A stretch of 63,436 bases of DNA, the filler included, from Octopus bimaculoides (taxonomy: Eukaryota), in the NCBI RefSeq assembly GCF_001194135.2. It is 4 parts of 4 records of this genome, joined end to end, with 100 filler letters (N's around TTAATTAATTAA, not from the genome) between each part and the next. Parts side by side here need not be neighbours in the genome. Positions count along the whole stretch, not along the records: positions 31,264 to 59,186 come from NC_068990.1; 3 more parts are not named here. One strand, written 5' to 3'. Shown piece by piece: positions 40,997 through 52,139 of the stretch. Within the stretch, counting starts at the first letter, position 1, and the number at the start of each line of letters is the position of its first letter. A model generated the notes under the pieces. That model was not told the origin of the DNA, searched no databases, and was given only the letters and a program-made list of their open reading frames with translations. The translations under genes were made by a program, and so were the position numbers.

Positions 40997-41188
40997 TTTA
41001 TAAGCTTAAAGCTTATAAGCGATCACTGTTTTATGACTAAAGAAAGTAAGGTTTCAGTACAGTTGTAGGCTCAAGTCTCTTGCATACAGAAACCTTACTT
41101 TTTTCTGTTGGGGGCTTATATGCCCTAGTATTAGGTTATTTCCTTTAGTCATTACATGGTGATCGCTTATAAGCTTTAAGCTTATAAA
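40997..41188. mobile_element. Palindromic MITE-like element
   Basis: Imperfect terminal inverted repeats of about 50 bp (tttataagcttaaagcttataagcgatcac.../...gtgatcgcttataagctttaagcttataaa) plus an inner inverted pair gtaaggtttc/gaaaccttac. Confidence 0.75.
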
Positions 41189-41255
41189 ATGTTATCATCA
41201 TTTACAGAATTGTAAATATCACTGCTTACCAAAAACCGTATATATACATATATAT

Positions 41256-41650
41256 ACTCTTTTACTTGTTTCAGTCTTTTGACTGTGGCCATGCTGGAGC
41301 ACCGCCTTTAGTCGAGTAAATCGACCCCAGGACTTATTCTTTGGAAGCCTAGTACTTATTTTATCGGTCTCTTTTGCCGAACCGCTAAGTTACGGGGACA
41401 TAAACACACCAGCATCGGTTGTCAAGCGAAGTTGGGGGGACAAACACAGACACACAAACATATACACACATACATATATATATATACATATATACGACAG
41501 GCTTCTTTCAGTTTCCGTCTACCAAATTCACTCACAAGGCTTTGGTCGGCCCGAGGCTATAGTAGAAGACACTTGCCCAAGATGCCATGCAGTGGGACTG
41601 AACCCGGGACTATGTGGTTGGTAAGCAAGCTACTTACCACACAGCCACTC
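41256..41650 (-). mobile_element. tRNA-derived CORE-like SINE family 1 (near full-length copy)
   Basis: Minus strand reads a box A/B head (gtggctgtgtggt...gggttcagtccc), then a CORE-like (c)ttgggcaagtgtcttc segment, an internal microsatellite and an (aaagagt)-type tail. Other copies: 1-297(-), 7968-8170(-), 37160-37400(+), 44165-44345(+), 47650-47850(+), 54063-54430(-), 58858-59070(-). Confidence 0.85.
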
Positions 41651-42399
41651 CATAATAATAATAATAATGTTAGGGATAAAATCCAAAATTAAGGTAAAAA
41701 CTCAATTAAAATCAATTTATTAAAAATTAAAATTAAATTAAGTTTCACAGTATAAAATATATATAAATATATAGTTTTAGGGAAAAGAACCAAGGTTCAT
41801 GAACTCATCGATGTATATACACAGACATCATCACCATCATCATCACCATCATCTTTTAACATCCATTTTCTATGCATGCATGGGTAGCACGGTCGACAGG
41901 AGCTGGCCAGGTAGAAAAACTACCCTAAGCTGTTGTGTCTGTTTTGGCAGGGATTTTATAGCTGGATGCCCTTCCTAACATCGACCACATTACAGTGTGG
42001 ACTGGATGCTTTTAATGTGGCACCAGCACTGGCAGGGAAACCAAGTAACTCTCAAGACAAGGAATTATGAGAGGGGCAGGGCATTTGAGAAGGGGAAATC
42101 ATGTCAGAGGATGAAAGGTTAGAGTGTGACAAATAGACAGAGAGACAGAAGCAGGTGTCTTGCCACAACAGAAGGGGGCATTAGAGGAGGTGATCCAGTA
42201 TCAAATGATGAAAGGTTATAATGTAACAGAGAAATAGAGAGGCAGAAATAGGTGTCTTGCTGTAGAGGGGGTACATGGTTACCTAGTGAGAGAGAGAGAG
42301 AGTATTGCATGTGTTTTCTTTTTTCATAACTGTATACCTACTTTATATATATATATACTTACTGTTCATATATACTTATATATGTATGTATGTAATGTC

Positions 42400-42740
42400 A
42401 AGTCCTCGTTAAAGGCCTGTGATATGCAGGACACTGACCGGGAGAATAATGCCTGTCATCGTCACAGATGGAGGAAGCAGGTTAAGGAGGGGATTGACAC
42501 CTTTGAGAGGGCACATATCCAGCATGAGTAACTTAAGCAAGCTGCGCAAAAGCGCATGGCTCAAATAGTGAATGGGGAAAGCTTGGTCTGCAATGTTTGC
42601 AGTCGTGTATGCTTGTCAAGAGCAGGGCTCATTAGCCACCAATGGAGCCACAAATGCAAAATATAAGTTAGTCCTAGAGCGCACAATGTTCCTGAAGGTC
42701 AGCAATGGTCTTCCTCGGTCACGAGTAGACGGCCATCATC
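42400..42740 (+). mobile_element. RTE/BovB-like LINE extreme 3' end with C2H2 finger
   Basis: NVKSSLKACDM...RWRKQVKEG...LVCNVCSRVCLSRAGLISHQWSH, followed by a CAT-repeat tail. Confidence 0.8.
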
Positions 42741-43405
42741 ATCATGTATGTATGTATGTGTGTATGTATGTAGGTATGTATGTATGTATGTATGTATGTA
42801 TGTATGTACACACTCAGAGGCTTGCATCAAAAGAGCTAAAATTACCATTAACATAGGGAGAAAACTATAGCTATATAACATCTTAAGCAATGATATTTGT
42901 TTAGAATGCAAATAAAAAAATAAAAAAATTGAAAAATTTTTTATGTAACCCTTTTGTTAACAAATTTCTTTTAACATATGACATATGCTGCCTTTGTTTT
43001 AAATATTTTTTTAAATAATGAAAAACTTAGTAAAATAACCTTCTCATTTCTGGGGTCTGCAACAAATTAGCATAAAATTTTGCTGGAAGATTATAACTTA
43101 GATCATTTTAATACAATTTGTGTCAATCCTGACACATTTTTTCTCTCTCCATTTTGTTACTCTCACCACTTGAAGAGCATAGGCTTGAAACATCAAAGAC
43201 TTTTCCATTCTTCCTGAGTGTCTAACTAATATACCTGTTTGTTGTTCACCAGTCTTTATCTTTCGTTTTCTGTACATATGAACCATTGTATCATAGCACC
43301 AAAGGCAGTCTCCAGGGAGTTGGTATCAAAAAAAGAAAAAAGGGTTTACCAAAAATACCTGTTTAAGGATGAATCTAACATTTATTACCTGTTATTTTTT
43401 TTTAG

Positions 43406-43509
43406 CTATTATTTTGAAGTCAAAAGAATATTCTGCCAAGAAGGTAACTGTGAAAAATTAACATACACACATATCCTCTCACAAGGGAAAACAAATGAAA
43501 AGCATTATG
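43406..43509 (+). CDS. MSH4: MSH4 coding exon
   Basis: tttttag|C ... TAT G|gtatgt; 104 nt, phase 2 to 1. Translates YYFEVKRIFCQEGNCEKLTYTHILSQGKTNEKHY(G), similar to human MHFEVQ...ILYTYKLSKGLTEEKNYG. Confidence 0.94.
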
Positions 43510-44092
43510 GTATGTTAATCCTTTAAATTTAATGTTTATCTGTTTGCCCAGTTTTGAATTGTGAAGGCGTATGGCTCAGTGGTTAGAGCATTGGCCTCAC
43601 AATAATGAGGTAGTGAGTTCAATTCTTGGACCAGGCTGTGTGCTGTGTTCTTGAGCAAGACACTTTATTTCATGTTGCTCCAGTTCACTCAGCTATAGAA
43701 ACGAAGCCCGTCATATATATATATATATATATATANNNNNNNNNNNNNNNNNNNNNNNNNNNNNNNNNNNNNNNNNNNNNNNNNNNNNNNNNNNNNNNNN
43801 NNNNNNNNNNNNNNNNNNNNNNNNNNNNNNNNNNNNNNNNNNNNNNNNNNNNNNNNNNNNNNNNNNNNNNNNNNNNNNNNNNNNNNNNNNNNNNNNNNNN
43901 NNNNNNNNNNNNNNNNNNNNNNNNNNNNNNNNNNNNNNNNNNNNNNNNNNNNNNNNNNNNNNNNNNNNNNNNNNNNNNNNNNNNNNNNNNNNNNNNNNNN
44001 NNNNNNNNNNNNNNNNNNNNNNNNNNNNNNNNNNNNNNNNNNNNNNNNNNNNNNNNNNNNNNNNNNNNNNNNNNNNNNNNNNNNNNNNNNNN

Positions 44093-44145
<53 letters not shown>

Positions 44146-44506
44146 TGTGTGTATGTGTGTGTGTGTGTGTGTGCTTGTCCCCCATCACCACTTGACAACC
44201 GGTGTTAGTGTGTTAATATCTCCGTAACCTAGCAGTTCAACAAAAGAGCCGATAGACTAAGTACAAGGCTTAAAAATATATATATAAGTACTGGTGTTGA
44301 CTCATTCAACTAAAATTCTTCTAGCTGGTGCACCAGTATGGACACAATAAAAGATAAAAGATAGAATGTTTTTATTCATTTTTCTGAATTTCTTCTGAGA
44401 TTTCAAGTTTGATATTTTAAATTAATATTTGTAATTAGTAATTTAATGAAGAAATAAAATCTTTCACTCCTATAAACTGGCTCATATTTTCATCATATTT
44501 TATAAG

Positions 44507-44595
44507 GAATTCAATTAGCCGAAGTCTCAACTATACCGAGAAGTGTGGTGGAAGAGGCAAAACAACTTCTACAGATTGTATCTGTTAATAAAAAG
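44507..44595 (+). CDS. MSH4: MSH4 coding exon (helix-turn-helix dimerisation region)
   Basis: tttataag|GA ... AAG|gtaatt; 89 nt, phase 1 to 0. Translates (G)IQLAEVSTIPRSVVEEAKQLLQIVSVNKK, similar to human [20 protein letters not shown]. Confidence 0.94.
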
Positions 44596-46122
44596 GTAAT
44601 TAACAGATTTAGTTTTTATGATTAAAAATCAACATTTTATCTTCAATGAAATTGTTTACTATAATGGTTAAATAGATTTGCAACCGGACTCACTCAAAGA
44701 CATTGCAGTTATTTTATTTCGTTTCTTGGCAATACATTTTACATGTTATTACTAAGCAGATTTATGACTGAAGGCATTCCAGATTCCCGTCATGACCATC
44801 CCTTTTTTTTTTTTAAGTGTGTCTAGGAATACACCATCTAATGCAGTGTTTCCCAATCTATTTTTTCCCATGCTTAGTGGCATTTTGCCAGTCTTTGTGT
44901 TCTGAGTTCAAATTCCACTGAGGTTGATTTTGCTTTTCATACTTTCAGGGTTGATAAAATAAGTACCAGTTGCGTACTAAGAATGGAGTAATTGGCTATC
45001 CCTCCCCCACAGAATTTCAGGCCTTATGCTTCAAGTAGAAAGACTTATTTATAGCTTTCTACACTTTGAGTATGAATCTATACCTATCACTACCTTTTAA
45101 AAGGGTGTTCTAGAACTTGTTTTGGGAGACAACCACAGTCATTATTCTTGAACATTTCCCACACAGCAATGATCTTTCACATTGTCTATACAAATATTTG
45201 AATGTACACAACCCAAAGAGTTCCTTAGCAATAATAATTTCTCATCATTTTACTCACACAAAAATGCAATACACACACATTTGATTATATATTATCTAAA
45301 GATTCTGTTTATTTGTATAAAATAGCTTTTACTGGTAATGTAAGAAAGAATATTACAGGAATAGCTTCTAAGATTACACTTCATAAAATGTATTCTATAT
45401 GGCTTTTTTCCATAGAATATAAAATATAAATGTAAAATATTTTTGTGGGTCACATTATACAACAAATCACTAAATAATATAAAAAAAACAACTGCTATTT
45501 TATTAATCTTCAATGTAAGTAACTGCTGTGTACACACACACACATGAGTGCATGCCCACACACACATGCATACATGGTTATGGTGATGGTGGTGGTGGTG
45601 CCCTCAACACCTGATGACATCAGAGGCCTGTAATTGTGGCATACAATGTGTCTTAGTCATTTGAAACCTACCAGAAACCATCCCTCTCCAGGTCTGAATT
45701 TCAACAATTTCTCCATTGAAAACATGAATAGAGAATTGACTGGAATTATGTGCCAAGAATGAAGTTTCAAAGTGCATTAAATAGCACATCATAAATGCAG
45801 TATTCATTTTTCATGTCATAGACTGTAAATTATGTGTATGGTAGTGAAACATGGGTATGGAATGCTGAAGATATCAAGGAACACAACGCATTTTATTTAC
45901 TCCAGGATACACACTCATACACATGTACATTTGGGTGTGCATGTGTAGGTGTGTGTATAGAATGTAGGTAGGGTTATAATCTAAGCTGTAACTTCATGAA
46001 GTACATTTGCATATTCCAGTTCTTCAAAGTATATCCATAGATGTTGTGATTTATATGAGAGTTGGAAATATCGGAGCATGCTATTAAATACTGCTTTAAC
46101 ATACATACATACATATATATAG

Positions 46123-46182
<60 letters not shown>

Positions 46183-46289
46183 TATAGATAGATATACACA
46201 TATATGTAAATATATGTGTGTATCTCTCTCTCCCTATATATATATATAAGGAGTTTTGTTGGTCTCTCATTCTACTGCACCCCGCATAT

Positions 46290-46530
46290 AGTAATTAAGG
46301 GGTTGCAGTCTGGGGAGTTAGGTGCCCATATATGAAGGGTGATGTGGTTACAGGAATTGTCTGACAGCCATGACTGGGTTCTCCTGCTTGTGTGGCATGG
46401 TGCAGTGTCCTGTTGCTAGACATAGGGTTTTCCAGTAGCCACCTTCTTGACTCAGAGCAGCACTACCTCCTCCAGGAGCTAGATGTAGGCCTCCATGTTG
46501 AGTCTGAGGCTGTGTGGGAAGATGAATGGA
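46290..46530 (-). mobile_element. Second fragment of the DD37D-like transposase family
   Basis: Colinear with, and visibly similar to, about 30565-30810. Confidence 0.8.
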
Positions 46531-46759
46531 GGCATAACATAACAGTGTTTAAAGCTTGCCCTATTTTTATGGCTCAAATTAGTATATGTTTTGAAGAGGA
46601 TTTGATCACCAATCAGATCAGATTCAATTCAAAACATGTTCCAGTTTGAACCTTTTGAAAATCAGTGTAAATTGTGAAACTGGTTAAATCTTTAAATATG
46701 ATAATAAAAAATATTTTAACTATTCTCAGTGCATTTTCAACTTCTATTTTTCCTATATA

Positions 46760-47435
46760 TATCATCATCATCATCATCGTCGTTTAACGTCCGCTTTCCA
46801 TGCTAGCATGGGTTGGACGATTTGACTGAGGACTGGTGAAACCGGATGGCAACACCAGGCTCCAATCTAATTTGGCAGAGTTTCTACAGCTGGATGCCCT
46901 TCCTAACGCCAACCACTCAGAGAGTGTAGTGGGTGCTTTTACGTGTCACCCGCACGAAAACGGCCACGCTCAAAATGGTGTCTTTTATGTGCCACCCGCA
47001 CAAGCCAGTCCAGGGGCACTGGCAACGATCTCACTCGAAAATCCTACGGGAGCCAGTCAGGCGNNNNNNNNNNCAAGAACCAGTCCAGGGGCACTGGCAA
47101 CGATCTTACTTGGCTTGCCGGGTCTTCTCACGCACAGCACATTTCCAAAGGTCTCGGTCAGTAGTCATCGCCTCGGTGAGGCCCAATGTACGAAGGTCTT
47201 GCCTCACCACCTCAGCCCAGGTCTTCCTGGGCCTACCTCTTCCACGGGTTCCCTCAACTGTTAGGGTGTGGCACTTTTTCACGCAGCTATCCTCATCCAT
47301 TCTCACCACATGTCCATACCAGCGCAATCGTCTCTCTTGCACGCCACAACTGATGCTTCTAATGTTCAGCTTTTCTCTCAAGATACTTACACTCTGACGG
47401 GTATTCACATTGACATTACACATCCAACGGAGCAA
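46760..47435 (-). mobile_element. RTE-clade LINE 3' end with 3' UTR and (ATG)n tail
   Basis: ORF 47106-47435: MLRWMCNV...RRLRWYGHVVRM...GRGRPRKTW. The same 3' UTR and tail recur at about 25553-25790, 27080-27560, 32330-32530, 34245-34380, 39960-40110 and 41830-42290. Confidence 0.9.
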
Positions 47436-47637
47436 GGGATAAAATTCAAAATTACAGGTAAAAACTTAATTAGAATCAATTTATTAAAAATTTAAATTAA
47501 ATTAAGCTTCACAGTATAAAATATATTAATATATAGTATTAGGGAAAATACTAATTATAAATTTTTTCTATATGTGACAGTGGATTTTCATCGATGAGTT
47601 CATAGACCTTGGTTCTTTTCCCTAATACTATATATTA

Positions 47638-47673
<36 letters not shown>

Positions 47674-47925
47674 CTGTGTTTGTCATGCACCACTGCTTGA
47701 CAAGCAGTATTGGTGTGCCTATGTTCATGTAACTTAATAGTTCAGCAAAAGAAACCAACAGACCTAAAATAAATGCTGGGGGTTGATTCATTTAATTAAA
47801 TTCAAGGTAGTACTCCAGTATGGCTGTAGCCCAATGACTGAAAAAGATAATGAAGAATAATAACAGACAAATTAAAAAGTGAGTTGAAATGTTTATTCTT
47901 TAATTATAATAAACTGCAATTTCAG

Positions 47926-48093
47926 GTGGACCAAAATTTGAAGAAAGAAGCCAGAAAACAACGTGCTGTTTTCAAACTTGCTAACAGGTTGTTGCAGACC
48001 GCCAGGAACTCTCAGCTTGATAACGAAAGTCTTTGTGTCTACCTTGGAAGTCTTAAGAGTCAGTTTGATGCAGATTTACAAGATGAAGAATGA
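47926..48093 (+). CDS. MSH4: MSH4 terminal coding exon
   Basis: atttcag|GTG ... TGA; 168 nt. Translates [55 protein letters not shown]. The segment [22 protein letters not shown] is characteristic of the MSH4 C-terminus rather than other MutS paralogues. Confidence 0.96.
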   Translation: [55 protein letters not shown]

Positions 48094-48354
48094 AACATGA
48101 ACTTTTGAATTATATTTTTCATTCTATTTTCTTCAATTTCATTTTGAATGTTCTGTGATATTTTAAGATTATTTACATTCCTTTTTTAAAAAGATTTCTA
48201 TCTATCTATCTGTCTGTCTGTCCCTCTCTCTCTCTCTATATATATATATATACATGTATATATGCATGTATGTATGTATATATAGTTCTCTTGGGTTATT
48301 TATATTGTATTATATATATATTAGATGTGTGTGTTGTTCTTATGTTTGAATATA

Positions 48355-48477
48355 CAGGGTGTCCACAAAGTCTGGGTACATGGGGATTAACATATACTTT
48401 AAGAAATTATTATTTCTTATATTTGTTTATGTTATGATTTTATCTACTCCATGTACCCAGACCTTGTGGACACCCTG
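48355..48477. mobile_element. Tc1-type MITE, 123 bp, TA target-site duplication
   Basis: TA|cagggtgtccacaaagtctgggtacatgg ... ccatgtacccagaccttgtggacaccctg|TA; 29-bp TIRs with one mismatch. Confidence 0.9.
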
Positions 48478-48821
48478 TACAAGCATAAAAGTAAATGTTT
48501 GCAGCATTTTATGCTATAAATTTAAATGCTTATTAAAAAAATCTTTACTAGAACATTGCAAATAAAAATTTCCAAAACTATAAATAATTCTTTGTTTTCT
48601 GTTACTCATTGTTAACATTGAAAATGTAATAAACACACCTATTACATTCTGGATTCACACCCACACCAAGGGAAAATTTACTTTTTATTTTTTATGATGG
48701 GAGTTAGTAAAAGAAATACCAGATATTTTACTGCAGTTACTTCAATCATAAATACGTTTCATTTACTGGTTTTATGAGCTTATACCAGTGGAAGAAATCA
48801 ATATTTCGCTAAACATCAATG

Positions 48822-49180
48822 TGGTGAGCTGGCAGAATCATTAACACGCTGGGTGAAACGATTAGTGGTATTTCATCCATTTTTATGTTTTGAGTTTAAA
48901 TTCCTCCAAGATCAACTTTGCCCTTCCTCCTTTAAGGGTCGATAAAATAAGTACCAGTTGAGCACTGGGGTCGATGTAATTCATTTAATTAAATTCAAGG
49001 TGGTACTCCAGTATGGCTGTAGTCCAATGACTGAAAAAGATAATAAATCCAGCCAGTTATCTATTTTATGAAGAATAATAACACACAAATTGAAAAGTAA
49101 GTTGAATTGTTTATTCTTTAATTATAATAAACAGCTGGCCTGAACTGGCTGGCCTTGTGCCATAATTTGAAAACAATATT
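48822..49180 (+). mobile_element. tRNA-derived SINE family 3 (this copy interrupted by a captured segment)
   Basis: ggtgagctggcagaatc...gagttcaaattcc...ctttgcctttcatcctttcggggtcgataaaataagtaccag consensus. Other copies: about 1190-1370(+), 29230-29400(-), 31990-32200(+), 35260-35470(-), 40700-40910(+), 44870-45050(+), 51380-51760(-), 53360-53580(+), 58220-58400(-), 58620-58845(-). Confidence 0.85.
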
Positions 49181-49206
49181 TCCCAAAACATCTGAATTAT
49201 TACCTA

Positions 49207-50545
49207 GGTTTACAACTCACCTGAAATTTGTGTGAATTCCAAAAATTGTGTGAACAGAGCTTGGTATGTTAAAATGTTAAAAATAAGGTTTACAACTCAC
49301 CTGAAATTTGTGTGAATTCCAAAAATTGTGTGAACAGAGCTTGGTATGTTAAAATGTTAAAAATAAGGTTTACAACTCACCTNNNNNNNNNNNNNNNNNN
49401 NNNNNNNNNNNNNNNNNNNNNNNNNNNNNNNNNNNNNNNNNNNNNNNNNNNNNNNNNNNNNNNNNNNNNNNNNNNNNNNNNNNNNNNNNNNNNNNNNNNN
49501 NNNNNNNNNNNNNNNNNNNNNNNNNNNNNNNNNNNNNNNNNNNNNNNNNNNNNNNNNNNNNNNNNNNNNNNNNNNNNNNNNNNNNNNNNNNNNNNNNNNN
49601 NNNNNNNNNNNNNNNNNNNNNNNNNNNNNNNNNNNNNNNNNNNNNNNNNNNNNNNNNNNNNNNNNNNNNNNNNNNNNNNNNNNNNNNNNNNNNNNNNNNN
49701 NNNNNNNNNNNNNNNNNNNNNNNNNNNNNNNNNNNNNNNNNNNNNNNNNNNNNNNNNNNNNNNNNNNNNNNNNNNNNNNNNNNNNNNNNNNNNNNNNNNN
49801 NNNNNNNNNNNNNNNNNNNNNNNNNNNNNNNNNNNNNNNNNNNNNNNNNNNNNNNNNNNNNNNNNNNNNNNNNNNNNNNNNNNNNNNNNNNNNNNNNNNN
49901 NNNNNNNNNNNNNNNNNNNNNNNNNNNNNNNNNNNNNNNNNNNNNNNNNNNNNNNNNNNNNNNNNNNNNNNNNNNNNNNNNNNNNNNNNNNNNNNNNNNN
50001 NNNNNNNNNNNNNNNNNNNNNNNNNNNNNNNNNNNNNNNNNNNNNNNNNNNNNNNNNNNNNNNNNNNNNNNNNNNNNNNNNNNNNNNNNNNNNNNNNNNN
50101 NNNNNNNNNNNNNNNNNNNNNNNNNNNNNNNNNNNNNNNNNNNNNNNNNNNNNNNNNNNNNNNNNNNNNNNNNNNNNNNNNNNNNNNNNNNNNNNNNNNN
50201 NNNNNNNNNNNNNNNNNNNNNNNNNNNNNNNNNNNNNNNNNNNNNNNNNNNNNNNNNNNNNNNNNNNNNNNNNNNNNNNNNNNNNNNNNNNNNNNNNNNN
50301 NNNNNNNTAGGTTTACAACTCACCTGAAATTTGTGTGAATTCCAAAAATTGTGTGAACAGAGCTTGGTATGTTAAAATGTTAAAAAAAAAGGTTTACAAC
50401 TTACCCTAAATTTGTGTGAATTCCAAAAATTGTGTGAACAGAGCTTGGTATGTTAAAATGTTAAAAAAAAAGGTTTACAACTCACCTTAAATTTGTGTGA
50501 ATTCCAAAAATTGGGTGAACAGAGCTTGGTGTGTGAAAATGTTTA
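49207..50545. repeat. 80-81 bp tandem array spanning a 925-N gap
   Basis: Unit ggtttacaactcacctgaaatttgtgtgaattccaaaaattgtgtgaacagagcttggtatgttaaaatgttaaaaataa starts at 49207, 49287, 49367 and, after the gap, at about 50310, 50391, 50472. Confidence 0.95.
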
Positions 50546-52139
50546 AAAAAAAAAAGGGATCAGGTTCTATTTTTAACTTTTGTTGTACTAAGATAAAGAT
50601 TTTAGGAAAATATTTATTTACTACTCCTGCGTTCAAAAATCAAACGTGCTTTATTCAACGCAAATATTGAAAAGGAGACAGATTAACCTAGATTTTCCCT
50701 TTGCTTGTTTCAAACTGGTGTCACAATCCAATGCAATGTGATCTTCTCAAAGTGATTTCAAAATAATTATTTTGTTGTTCATGGGAAATTGCTAAAGGTA
50801 AAGATAAAACAGACTTAAATTAAAACAGCAGGTTAGTGAAAATTAGCTTCCAATGATTGTTTAGATTAAGAACTTCTGTAAACTCTCTTTGCTGTCTTGT
50901 ATAAATGAGATTGAGAAAGTCATGCCAATCTACATCTGTAAATATTACTCTGAACTTTAGAGGTTACAGTTTTTGTAATCTGTTTTATTCTATTTATTCA
51001 TTTGATTTATTTTTCTCCCTTTTGATATATAATTTTTATTGGAATACTCCTAAAATGAAAAGCAATTTGCCGAACAAAATTACTTCCGAGTAATCAAAAT
51101 TAATCACTGCTTGTATGGATCTCAAAAGTTCAAACGATCTGTGCTTTTATTTTATTTTATTTCAATGGCTTAGTCATAGGGGTAAGGATGGTATCTCTGA
51201 ACTTTCTTGAGGCTTCTTAAGACAGGTAGAAGAAAGATTCAGTTTGAATGTTTGTAACACAAGAGAGGCCACCACCTCCCAAAAAACAAAAAGACGATTG
51301 TAAAGTCACCTTGGCAGTATTTGTACTTAAAGGGACATAACTAAATACAACAAGGTATTTTGTTCAACACTGCCATAATGGTGGGATATATATGACTACA
51401 TCAACTCCTGTATTGATAAAAACCATTTTTTTTTTATCAATACCAGAAGAGGAAAAGCAAAATAGGTGATTTGAACTCAGAATGTAAAAAGAAAAAACAC
51501 ATGTAAATACTGCAAGCATATGATACTGTAACATTTCTGCCAAGCTATCAATTCTTTTATATAGGTTTCATATTTTGGCACAATGCCAGTAAGTTCAGGT
51601 GAGGCAGTGTTCAATTGATACTTATTTTATTGAGCTTGAAAGGATAAATGGCATAGTTGACCTTGGCTGAATTTGAACCCAGAATGCAAGGACAAATGAA
51701 ATACCACTAAACATTTTGCCTGACATTCTAACAATTCTGCCTACTCTCCACTGACCCTTTCTTATCAAAACACAACATTCATGATTCACAATCTTCAGGA
51801 TTCACAAACCAATTTATATAAAGGTGCAGATGAATGACCAGATACTCTAATCTTGACTCACATTTTATCAATGATAATAGCTTGTTATAATTAATTTTTT
51901 GTTTTTTGAATTTTCACTACAAAAAAATCTATTAATCGTTTACATGAACTGAATAACAGTCGTTTAACGTAATTTGTTATTTTTTTTTTTTTTTTTTTTT
52001 TTTTGGAGGGGGATTGTAATTTTACTTATATTGCCTGTTCCAGCGTTTCACATGACTTTTTCCATGTAGATTTATTAAAACTTCAAAACTTCTTACAACT
52101 TACGTTGTGGTAATATATTGCTTTCGTTGTCATCGTAAC

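Noticed and set aside
43563-43640. tRNA-like sequences with box A/B (also about 39050, 59800 and 58120-58190)
   Set aside because: They run straight into SINE bodies and lack complete cloverleaf acceptor stems, so they are SINE heads rather than tRNA genes.
47003-47106. Duplicated ccagtccaggggcactggcaacgatc on both sides of a 10-N gap
   Set aside because: It sits in an RTE 3' UTR at a contig break, so overlap or an internal repeat of the element is the simpler explanation.
49207-50545. Regular 80-bp repeats as a possible CRISPR array
   Set aside because: The units are contiguous and near-identical with no unique spacers, no cas genes are present, and the context is eukaryotic.
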